A DNA stretch of 64,000 nucleotides, taken from the NCBI GenBank assembly GCA_021735655.1, contig JAIPGM010000009.1, positions 4,976 through 68,975 on the forward strand, in the 5' to 3' direction. Positions 17,951-26,085 of the stretch are shown here, piece by piece. The position numbers and the translations under genes are program-made. The notes below the pieces were generated by a model. That model was given only the letters and a program-made list of their open reading frames with translations, did not search any database and was not told the origin of the DNA. Each line of letters starts with the position of its first letter. The first letter of the stretch is position 1. This stretch comes from Candidatus Omnitrophota bacterium (GTDB lineage: Bacteria > Omnitrophota > Gorgyraeia > Duberdicusellales > 4484-171).

Positions 17951-19198
17951 TTATGTCTGTCTCAAAAATAGCTGAAATGACCTAGGTGGTAAATTAAATG
18001 AATAGTTATCAGTTACTATATTGAACTTTTTCTTGTTATTGTCAATGTTTATGAATTTTCCCTGTATTGTCCTGGAATCAACCTCAACCTGGATTGATTC
18101 GGTACACTTATTAAATACCGCGATACCGTCACCTTCCCGGCTAAATATAAGATGGCATTTTCCGGCTGAAACAATCTGCATAGTCTTCCCCGATAGAAGA
18201 TTGTGAAATTTTATCATCTTTAGTAAATCCTTGCTCTTGTAAGCATCTTTCCACTGATCAGAATGCATTCCACCTTCTTTTCCTTTATCAGAATAAACTA
18301 ACGGGACTCCGCCATCTCTGCCAATAATATAAGCATAAGCAATCTTTTCATCTATTCTATTTGGATCGTTAGAATCAAAGATAAGTTGTCTCATCTCCTG
18401 ATTATTAGGGATATCATGAGTTATGGCAAAAGTGAGACTTCGGAAACGGTCCAGCTGATCCGGTTCTTTTAAAGCTTCCAGACTACCCTCAATACTTAAG
18501 GCCTTACGCATTGAATAGAAAAGATTAAAATCATAGACTGAAAAGTCAACTCTCTTTAAAAAATCTTTTAAGAAAATTCTATGTAACTCAGGAATTATCT
18601 CAGCAAAAATATATAAACCTCGGGTTATCTCCTCGGTAAAAACTTTTTTAATATGTTCTATCGACATATGCTTAGCCGCATCAATCCGAAACCCGTCAGC
18701 ACCTATTTTTTTTAAAGCCCTAAGGTATTCTTTTTGGGCAGAAATCACCCTTTGACTGTCAGGATCTAAATCCGACAGGCCGGTATCAGTCTTGTGGCTA
18801 AAATCCTCAGCTGAAAAGATATCCTTTGATAAATCACCATATAGACGATTTCTAGCAAAAACTGGATCTTGCTGATACTGGTCTAGAATATCTTTACCAG
18901 GAAAATCCAAATTATCATCTCTACGATGAGCCATGTGGTTAAAGACTACGTCGATATAGATTTTTAAATTATTTTTTTTTAAAGTTTGAATCAAAGAGGT
19001 TAATTCTTGCAGATTGCCCAAAGGCGAGAATATAACTCGGTAATCTAAAGGTTGATAGCGATAAAACCACTCTTTACCCTGACTAAAGGTAGGCGGCGAA
19101 ATAAGTATGGCGGAATAACCAAAGCTGCTGATCTCTTTTGCTTGTTTCTCTATTTCCTTAAATTTCCAGTTAAAAGCATGTAAAATGACATTACCCAT
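17951..19198 (-). CDS. Alpha-amylase family glycoside hydrolase (GH13)
   Basis: YIDVVFNHMA (region I) and GFRIDAAKHM (region II, catalytic Asp). 415 aa. Confidence 0.8.
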   Translation of the reverse strand: MGNVILHAFNWKFKEIEKQAKEISSFGYSAILISPPTFSQGKEWFYRYQPLDYRVIFSPLGNLQELTSLIQTLKKNNLKIYIDVVFNHMAHRRDDNLDFPGKDILDQYQQDPVFARNRLYGDLSKDIFSAEDFSHKTDTGLSDLDPDSQRVISAQKEYLRALKKIGADGFRIDAAKHMSIEHIKKVFTEEITRGLYIFAEIIPELHRIFLKDFLKRVDFSVYDFNLFYSMRKALSIEGSLEALKEPDQLDRFRSLTFAITHDIPNNQEMRQLIFDSNDPNRIDEKIAYAYIIGRDGGVPLVYSDKGKEGGMHSDQWKDAYKSKDLLKMIKFHNLLSGKTMQIVSAGKCHLIFSREGDGIAVFNKCTESIQVEVDSRTIQGKFINIDNNKKKFNIVTDNYSFNLPPRSFQLFLRQT

Positions 19199-19339
19199 TC
19201 AACCTCAATCAGAAATATAGCTAACATACCACTTATGATTCTTCTCTAATTTTCTTTTCTCAACCTCTCAATAAGCCTTTTAGTTGAAAAACGAACCTCT
19301 CTATTAGAGCATTATTTCCGTATTTATCTATCGGTATTG

Positions 19340-19915
19340 CTATTTTCTTTTTAAAAACGAACTATTATGTTTTCGTAAAAATCTTCTATGCGGATTGCCT
19401 AGAGGGAACAGATTATTTTCAGTTACAAACTGCATATCTTCTATGGTATAAAAAGCATTAGGATTGAATTTCTTTATTATTTGTATAACCCTTTTTAAAT
19501 TCTTGCGTTTAACCACACTAAAAATAACTTTAACCGGTCCATCTTTACCTTGAGCATTAATACTGGTGACGCCATAACCCTGCTTACTCATAAACTGCAC
19601 TAAATCTACGGCATCTTTCTTAGTTACTATTTGAATCATAAGATTACCCATTAGAATTCGTCTTTCTATAGAAATGCCCACAAAGTTTCCCATACCAAAC
19701 CCAGCGGCATAAGCGATGTAATGGCTTACACTGCTTAGATTCTTCATTATCTGAGTAATAGCTATAAGCCAAATTAAAACTTCAAAAAAACCCAATACGG
19801 CTGACAAGAATCTTATCCCCCGGGAAACAAATATAATCCTGATAGTGCCGATAGTAACATCGATAATGCGGGCTAGAAAAATCAAAAACGGAATTAAGAT
19901 ATAATTTATTTCCAT
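19340..19915 (-). CDS. UPF0316/DUF2179 family membrane protein
   Basis: LARIIDVTIGTIRIIFVSRG N-terminal membrane region and a C-terminal DUF2179-like soluble domain. Last gene of the KamA operon. Confidence 0.5.
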   Translation of the reverse strand: MEINYILIPFLIFLARIIDVTIGTIRIIFVSRGIRFLSAVLGFFEVLIWLIAITQIMKNLSSVSHYIAYAAGFGMGNFVGISIERRILMGNLMIQIVTKKDAVDLVQFMSKQGYGVTSINAQGKDGPVKVIFSVVKRKNLKRVIQIIKKFNPNAFYTIEDMQFVTENNLFPLGNPHRRFLRKHNSSFLKRK

Positions 19916-19927
19916 AACTTTCTCGAT

Positions 19928-21004
19928 TTAGCGAAAAATCTTTAATATTTTATTACGCCAGTTATTATAAAAATAATGTGCTTTGGGCCCAGCCTGCTTT
20001 AGCAATTCCGGAGAACTACCTAGCCCCCTTATTTCAATCATTGCATCCTTAAGAAAAATTGAATATCTTTTGCTGATTTTTTTATTATTAATAAACCGCT
20101 GGGCAGCATCAACGATGTTATTAGCAGTAAACTGAGCGATCTGATCGGGTACACCACTAGGAGTTTCAGATTGAGAAGTCATATCGCATTGGTCGTTAAC
20201 GTAATCTATGACTAAAAAACGCTTTTTTCCCTGTTTTTCATCAATAGCTATTTCACTTGAAAACCAAGCCATCCGGGTTATCGAAGCAATTTTAGAAACT
20301 ATCTTGGCTAAGGGGAAAAGACTATGCTTATTAAATTCTTCATAACCTATATGTTCATAACGATTAGCCTGATCATCCCACCAGCAAGGTATTATAGTAT
20401 CAAATACATTAAACCCTCGAAACCAAGCACGTTTTCCTTCTATTTGGATAGGAACAATCTTCTCCTGTAGTAAAAAATTATCGCCTCGGTCAAACTTCCG
20501 AGCTTGAGCAATTTCTCGAATTGTGCCCCGAGCATCACGAATAACACCTAATTGACCATAGCCAAGCGCCGGCTTTATTACAAAAGGAACCCCTAGTTTC
20601 TTCTTCTCCTCATCGGGAAGCCTAAAAGTAGTCGGTTCCCAGTTACGAACAACAACTGTATAGGGAGCCATAATCCCGGCATTGATTAACTCATAGTGCA
20701 TTGCTGATTTATCAATTGCACTCTGGGCCCGATCAGGATCATTAATAACCACCCCACCGCTATCTTTTACATCATAGCAAATACGAGTGTAGATATCGCC
20801 TTTTTTATTATAGGTAGCCTCGGTGTCCAGTAAAGCCTTGATTACAAGCTTTCTTTGATCAAGATCCCGAGCCACTTGCCTTACATTATCTTTAGATATC
20901 CAAAGGAAAGAAAGTTTTCTTTGCTTGCAAGCGGCCTGGAGTAAAACAACAAACCTCTCCTTGATATTACCACTCCAAGTCAAACCAAAATCGTATCTTT
21001 TCAT
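19928..21004 (-). CDS. ATP-grasp domain protein (YheC/YheD- or RimK-like ligase)
   Basis: GVPFVIKPALGYGQLGVIRDARG and downstream FLLQEKIVP are consistent with ATP-grasp B and C subdomains. 358 aa. Confidence 0.55.
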   Translation of the reverse strand: MKRYDFGLTWSGNIKERFVVLLQAACKQRKLSFLWISKDNVRQVARDLDQRKLVIKALLDTEATYNKKGDIYTRICYDVKDSGGVVINDPDRAQSAIDKSAMHYELINAGIMAPYTVVVRNWEPTTFRLPDEEKKKLGVPFVIKPALGYGQLGVIRDARGTIREIAQARKFDRGDNFLLQEKIVPIQIEGKRAWFRGFNVFDTIIPCWWDDQANRYEHIGYEEFNKHSLFPLAKIVSKIASITRMAWFSSEIAIDEKQGKKRFLVIDYVNDQCDMTSQSETPSGVPDQIAQFTANNIVDAAQRFINNKKISKRYSIFLKDAMIEIRGLGSSPELLKQAGPKAHYFYNNWRNKILKIFR

Positions 21005-21013
21005 TATCTTATT

Positions 21014-21934
21014 TTAAACAACTGCACTTTCGGCAACTGTTAATGACAGCCTATCAGCATCGATAGTTACCGGAAGTCCCAAAGGCAAGGTAACATGAAG
21101 CCCACCGCGCAAACGCAAATGCCCGGAAGGAAATCCATACAATACCGGGATATCCTGTCCTTTAAATAACTTTTCTATTAGTTTACGTAAATCATGGTCT
21201 TTACCTGAAGAGTCAAGCATTCTGCCTAAAAGTAACCCCTTGATATTTTTAAACTTCCCTGAACGCTTGAGACGAAAAAAATAATTTCTAATGGTATTAA
21301 AGTCTTCGTTGACGTCCTCTAAAAACAAAATGCTGCCGGCAGTCCTTATTCGGTAAGACTTACCTATTGAATCAATGATTAAAGACATATTGCCGCCAAC
21401 CAGCTTACCGGTAGCTACTCCCAGCTTAAAAGCAATCAGCTGGGGGAATTTCAATTCTCCCAAAGGCTTAGTTTCACTAAAAAGCCTTTGCAGATATTCA
21501 AGAGTCAGCTGATGCATTCCTTGATAAATCTCCCCGGAAACTATCGGCCCGTGAAAAACAACCATCTTAGCCAATTTTTGCAAATAGAGTAAGATAATAG
21601 TTATATCACTGTACCCGAGAAAAATTTTGGGATTTTTTCTAATAGTTTTCTCATCTAGGTAGGGTATAATTTCGGCTGAACCGTAACCGGCTTCAGCACA
21701 AAAAATAGCTCTCACTTCTTTGTCGGCAAACATCCGATTTATCTGCATGGCCCGCTGACGATCATGATCGGGCTTAGACCATTTCGGATCAAAAATTACT
21801 CGTTCATATTTAACTTTATAGCCTAGCTCTTTAAGCAGTTCAACGCCGCTTTTAAATTTATCCACATCAAAAGAACTTGCCGGAGCTACTATACCGATAG
21901 TATCACCAAGTTCTAATTTTTGAGGCTTACGCAT
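21014..21934 (-). CDS. LD-carboxypeptidase (peptidase S66, LdcA/MccF family)
   Basis: GDTIGIVAPASSFD N-terminal signature. The C-terminal FPSGHLRLRGG region contains the catalytic His. Confidence 0.7.
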   Translation of the reverse strand: MRKPQKLELGDTIGIVAPASSFDVDKFKSGVELLKELGYKVKYERVIFDPKWSKPDHDRQRAMQINRMFADKEVRAIFCAEAGYGSAEIIPYLDEKTIRKNPKIFLGYSDITIILLYLQKLAKMVVFHGPIVSGEIYQGMHQLTLEYLQRLFSETKPLGELKFPQLIAFKLGVATGKLVGGNMSLIIDSIGKSYRIRTAGSILFLEDVNEDFNTIRNYFFRLKRSGKFKNIKGLLLGRMLDSSGKDHDLRKLIEKLFKGQDIPVLYGFPSGHLRLRGGLHVTLPLGLPVTIDADRLSLTVAESAVV

Positions 21935-21936
21935 TT

Positions 21937-24132
21937 TTACCTATCAAAGCTAAAACCATAACGATTAAATGAATCTTGCAAAATCAACCTTATTAAACTA
22001 TTGTAACTGTTACCTTTCAATTTGTAAAGAATTGGTAAATCACCATACGAAGATGAGAGACCAGGCAAAGGGTTAATATCTATTATCTTAGGTTTGTTCT
22101 GAGTATCAAGGCGAAAATCTATACGCGCCATATCCTTTAATTCTAATTCTTTATATGCCTTTATAGCATAAAATTCAATTATTTTCTGAATATTTTTTAA
22201 AATACTCTCCTGTGGCTCATATTTAACTTTATTTTGCCAATCCTGTTTGATCTCAAGAGAATAGAGAAAGTTCTTGCAAGCCTTATCCCTAGGCACTATT
22301 TTCATCATTCCTAGAATTTGTGGAACTTCATTGCCGTAAACTCCTACGGTAATCTCATCTCTCTCCAAAAACTCTTCTATCAAGGCCGGCTGTTCATATT
22401 TCGAAATTATTTCCTCTACTCTCTTTTTTAAATCATCAAAGTTGCTGACTAAAGAATTAAGAAAAATTCCCTTTGAAGAACCTTCCCAACGCGGCTTTAC
22501 AAGAAATGACCCGTTTCCTCCAAAAATATTTCCTAAATTTTCTAAATCTTTGACATCCTTAATCATAGCCATCTCTGGAACCAGAATATTTGCTGATTTT
22601 AATAATCTATTGGTTAGGTATTTATCTAGAGTGATTCCTAAGGCGACTGGATCTGATCCCGAATAGGGTATATCTAAGCTTTCAAGGATTGCCGGAACTT
22701 GCGATTCACGCCCCCTCTTATCCCCTCTGCCTTCGGCGATATTAAAAACGAAATCCGGCCTTTGACTCAACAATCGTTTTAGAAAATTATCATCCTGCTC
22801 AAAAATAACTACCTTGAAACCGTATTTTTCTATTTCTTTCTTTATGCTTTCAATGGTCTCAATTTCGTCGTATTCCTCATGGTTCTCGCCAGCATCCTTA
22901 TTTTTAAGATTAAATGTTATACCTATTGTATTCACTGAGCGGACTTTTTTAGAATTAGTTATTGCTTCTGGCTGAACAGGAGTATCCTGATAAAAAAATA
23001 TTTCATCTTTATAATTTTTTAATATCATTCCTCGGTCAGAATCTGAAACCAAATAATCAGGACCAAAGGGGATTTTACCTTTCCCGCCTATAGCATCAAT
23101 AACAAAAGTCGGTACACACATACCGCTAGTAAACCCCTGCATTTTTTTGATAATTTCTCTACCTTGCCAAGGTGATGTTCGAAAATGAGATGTCCCGCTA
23201 ACCGGATCACACTGAAATAAATAATATGGCCTAACCCTTATCGCTTGTAGTCTCTGACATAAATCCCTCATCACTTGCAAGTTATCATTCACCCCCTTAA
23301 GCAATACTGACTGATTGCTTACAGGAATACCTATTTTTTGTAGTTTTCTGCAAGCTAAAGCTGCCTGAGGGGTAATTTCTCTAGGGTGGTTGAACTGGAC
23401 ATTAACCCAAACATTGTCATATTTTTTTAGCATCTCACAAAGCCGATCATCTATCCGCCGAGGGAAAACAACCGGAGTACGCGTACCGATACGGACAACC
23501 TCAATATTACTAAAAGAATGAATTTTTGAAAGTATAGCTTCTAGCCGTTCTGTAGGTAAAGTTAAAGGGTCTCCTCCGGAAACTATTATCTCCCTAATTT
23601 TCGGATTCCGGCCCACATAATTTAAGGCTCTATCTATATCTTCTAGGGTTGGTTCATTTATTTTTTTGCTCCATATTCTTTTTCTTGTGCAGTGGCGGCA
23701 ATACATAAAGCAACGGTTAGTTACTAAAAGCAGTGCCCGATCAGGATAGCGGTGTACTAAGCAATCTAAGGGAGAACTCTTTTCCTCAGCTAAAGGATCC
23801 TTGCTTTCAAAGGAACCTTGGCTAAGCTCATCAAAATTAGGTATGCATTGTTTTCCAATCGGATCGCAGTTATCAGAGGTATTTTCAATTAAGGAAAAGT
23901 AGTAAAAAGGAATTTTCAAATGGTAAGCATCAGAAACTTTCTTTAATCGACAAATCTGTTCTTTATCTAAAGGTAGGTATCGAGAAAGGTCTTCAATGTT
24001 GTTAATAAACTCTTTAGGATCATAATACTCTCTCCCAACATCAAGAGTTTTGTTGTGATAATTTACAGTTTCATAACTAGGTCCGCCAGGTTCCTCTTCA
24101 AGGAAAGTTTCAGCATCCAAGTTATTGCTCAT
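21937..24132 (-). CDS. Fusion protein: lysine 2,3-aminomutase-like radical SAM domain (KamA/EpmB family) plus C-terminal D-Ala-D-Ala-ligase-like ATP-grasp domain
   Basis: LLLVTNRCFMYCRHCTRKR (KamA CxxxCxxC context), SGGDPL and PYYLFQCDPVSG (KamA PLP/Zn region). From about residue 420, a Ddl-like fold: central-domain glycine loop at GNGSFLVKPRWEGSSKGI and C-terminal RIDFRLDTQNKPKIIDINPLPGLS. GAGGAGG RBS upstream. Confidence 0.7.
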   Translation of the reverse strand: MSNNLDAETFLEEEPGGPSYETVNYHNKTLDVGREYYDPKEFINNIEDLSRYLPLDKEQICRLKKVSDAYHLKIPFYYFSLIENTSDNCDPIGKQCIPNFDELSQGSFESKDPLAEEKSSPLDCLVHRYPDRALLLVTNRCFMYCRHCTRKRIWSKKINEPTLEDIDRALNYVGRNPKIREIIVSGGDPLTLPTERLEAILSKIHSFSNIEVVRIGTRTPVVFPRRIDDRLCEMLKKYDNVWVNVQFNHPREITPQAALACRKLQKIGIPVSNQSVLLKGVNDNLQVMRDLCQRLQAIRVRPYYLFQCDPVSGTSHFRTSPWQGREIIKKMQGFTSGMCVPTFVIDAIGGKGKIPFGPDYLVSDSDRGMILKNYKDEIFFYQDTPVQPEAITNSKKVRSVNTIGITFNLKNKDAGENHEEYDEIETIESIKKEIEKYGFKVVIFEQDDNFLKRLLSQRPDFVFNIAEGRGDKRGRESQVPAILESLDIPYSGSDPVALGITLDKYLTNRLLKSANILVPEMAMIKDVKDLENLGNIFGGNGSFLVKPRWEGSSKGIFLNSLVSNFDDLKKRVEEIISKYEQPALIEEFLERDEITVGVYGNEVPQILGMMKIVPRDKACKNFLYSLEIKQDWQNKVKYEPQESILKNIQKIIEFYAIKAYKELELKDMARIDFRLDTQNKPKIIDINPLPGLSSSYGDLPILYKLKGNSYNSLIRLILQDSFNRYGFSFDR

Positions 24133-24202
24133 TTTTCCTCCTCACTCAGGTAAAAGTCCACCCGGGAAAATTATAAATTACCCTATGATATCTCCATTCT
24201 CT

Positions 24203-24532
24203 CTAATAATCTTGGTCAGGATAAACTTCTTCGCTGTCATCATCGTATCCTAACTCTTCATCATAAATATACTCATAGCTCAAAGCCCGCAAACCTTCCT
24301 GGCTATTTTCGGCTTTAATTTCCACATTATCTCCAAGCTCAAAATAAGCCTCTTCTACTAACTCTTTAGTAGTTAGCACTTTTTGACCACCAACAGTAAT
24401 ATAGCTACCGTCCTCGGAAATCTGCTCTATCTTACCCTTAAGCAACACTGAATCATCTTCCTGAGCAAAAGCAAAAGTTGTCCCAGCCAAAATCATAACC
24501 AACAACAATGTTAAATATTTTTTCATGACCAT
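24203..24532 (-). CDS. Small secreted protein with acidic C-terminal tail
   Basis: Signal peptide MVMKKYLTLLLVMILAGTTFAFAQ. C-terminus YDEELGYDDDSEEVYPDQDY. Overlaps the LysW-like gene by 10 nt. Confidence 0.45.
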   Translation of the reverse strand: MVMKKYLTLLLVMILAGTTFAFAQEDDSVLLKGKIEQISEDGSYITVGGQKVLTTKELVEEAYFELGDNVEIKAENSQEGLRALSYEYIYDEELGYDDDSEEVYPDQDY

Positions 24533-24750
24533 TCCTCCCTTTCTCCTTTTCCGTTAAAATCTTCTTCCTCCTCACTGTAATCCACGTAATCATCCCAGGT
24601 GCCGATTTCTTCCTCTAGCTCTACCGGATTAAGCTTGGTTAATTTAAGCTCTGCAAAACAACCCTGACAATTAAGGATATCGGCAATCCCCAAACCTTCT
24701 TCAATCTCAACATTTTCTTTACAAACCGGACATTTGGTTTTTTTAACCAT
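24523..24750 (-). CDS. LysW/ArgW-like zinc-ribbon amino-group-carrier-protein homolog with extended acidic tail
   Basis: CPVCKENVEIEEGLGIADILNCQGCFAELKLTKLNPVELEEEIGTW aligns with the CPxCG...E...LGE..xCxxCGAELEV..LDPL.LE....EDW core of LysW. A further 22-aa acidic tail ends in REEWS. GGAGG RBS 5 nt upstream. Confidence 0.55.
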   Translation of the reverse strand: MVKKTKCPVCKENVEIEEGLGIADILNCQGCFAELKLTKLNPVELEEEIGTWDDYVDYSEEEEDFNGKGEREEWS

Positions 24751-24864
24751 TTATACCTCCTTTTAACCAAATACTCCTATATTCTTAATGGACCGCTCCA
24801 CCGACATTAAGTTTATAGTTTCCATACTTTTTATTGAAGAGTGTAAACTGTTAGGTAAGACATT

Positions 24865-25203
24865 TTATCTTTTAGTTCGACGAGTTGCTTTTTTATCACT
24901 GGCGAAAGTTTTAGTAGCTCTAAACTGAGAAACAATAAAATCGGTAATTCGACATTGAGGAGAATTAAGATCCTTATTGCGCCGGTAAAAAACCGAGTTG
25001 CCCTTTCTCCGGTCAAAAACTAGCTTAAGCAGGCGCAACCTCATTAGATGCTTGGAAATCGTAGGCTGGCTTACTTTTAAAACAACACATATATCTTTAA
25101 CGGTAAGTTCTTTCTCATCCAGCACATTTATTATCCTTAGACGCGTATCATCGGAGCAGGCTTTAAATATCTGGCGTAATGATTTTAGATTTACTTTTCG
25201 CAT
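24865..25203 (-). CDS. ArsR/SmtB-family transcriptional regulator
   Basis: Start reassigned to MRKVN. Helix-turn-helix LTVKDICVVLKVSQPTISKHLMRLRLLKLV is typical of ArsR/SmtB. Confidence 0.65.
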   Translation of the reverse strand: MRKVNLKSLRQIFKACSDDTRLRIINVLDEKELTVKDICVVLKVSQPTISKHLMRLRLLKLVFDRRKGNSVFYRRNKDLNSPQCRITDFIVSQFRATKTFASDKKATRRTKR

Positions 25204-25221
25204 ATAACATTCCTTTATTGG

Positions 25222-25260
25222 TATATACGTATATATATCATCGGTTAAAAAGGTTGTCAA
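25222..25260 (-). promoter_or_regulatory. Sigma70-like promoter with palindromic operator candidate upstream of the ArsR gene
   Basis: On the minus strand: TTGACA (25260..25255), a 17-nt spacer, then TATATA (25237..25232). The perfect 14-nt palindrome TATATACGTATATA (25222..25235) overlaps the -10 and the predicted +1. Confidence 0.4.
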
Positions 25261-25403
25261 TATTTATTTTTTCTTTTTAAGAAAATAGGCCCTGGGCTTA
25301 GTTAATAAAGGGCACCGAAGGCGACAAAATACAGGCAAGTGGAAAATTATATTTAGAATTGTTTAAAAGTATTCTAGCAGGAATAGTAAGGTTTACTTTT
25401 TTC

Positions 25404-26072
25404 TTAAACAACAAGTAAGTGTCCATTTTCCTTAAGCCATCTTTGATATTTCTTATAATCAGGAATTATCGTTTTAACCTTGCTCCAAAATCTTCGGGAG
25501 TGATTTCTTACCTCAAGATGCGCCAATTCATGCACTATAACATAATCGATAACTTGCAGTGGCGCAATTATTAAACGCCAAGCGAAGTTTAACCTCCCAC
25601 TTGCACTGCAAGATCCGAATCTTTTATAAGCATTTGATATTCTTAATGACTTGTATCTTAAACCCGTCACTTCTACAAAAAAATCTAAACGTTCTGATAT
25701 TTTATTTAGCGCTTTGGCTCGATACCACTCAATTAAACAGCTCCGAGCCTGAGGTAATAAACTTTTTGGAAACTCTAAATACTCAGTTAAGACTATATCC
25801 CTTCGATCCAAAGCTCTGAACCTGTAAGGACTGCCTAAATAAAAAAACTCTTCTCCATTAATAAATTGTTTAGTTTTAGTTTGAGCCTTACGCTTTTTTG
25901 CAATTTCCTGCTTCTTTTCAATCCACTCCTTTTTCTGCGAAACGAAATCTTTAATTAACTTATCTGAAATACCAAAAGGAGCTCTCACGATCAATTGAGC
26001 ATCTTGGGTTATGGCAAGAGACAAAGTCCGACGCCTTGACCTTATTATTTTATCCACCTTAACTTTTTCCAT
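25404..26072 (-). CDS. YgjP/DUF45-family metal-dependent hydrolase (M48/WLM-like)
   Basis: HELAHLEVRNHSRRFW, the HExxH...NHSxxFW signature of the family. Confidence 0.7.
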   Translation of the reverse strand: MEKVKVDKIIRSRRRTLSLAITQDAQLIVRAPFGISDKLIKDFVSQKKEWIEKKQEIAKKRKAQTKTKQFINGEEFFYLGSPYRFRALDRRDIVLTEYLEFPKSLLPQARSCLIEWYRAKALNKISERLDFFVEVTGLRYKSLRISNAYKRFGSCSASGRLNFAWRLIIAPLQVIDYVIVHELAHLEVRNHSRRFWSKVKTIIPDYKKYQRWLKENGHLLVV

Positions 26073-26085
26073 TTTATTTAATATT

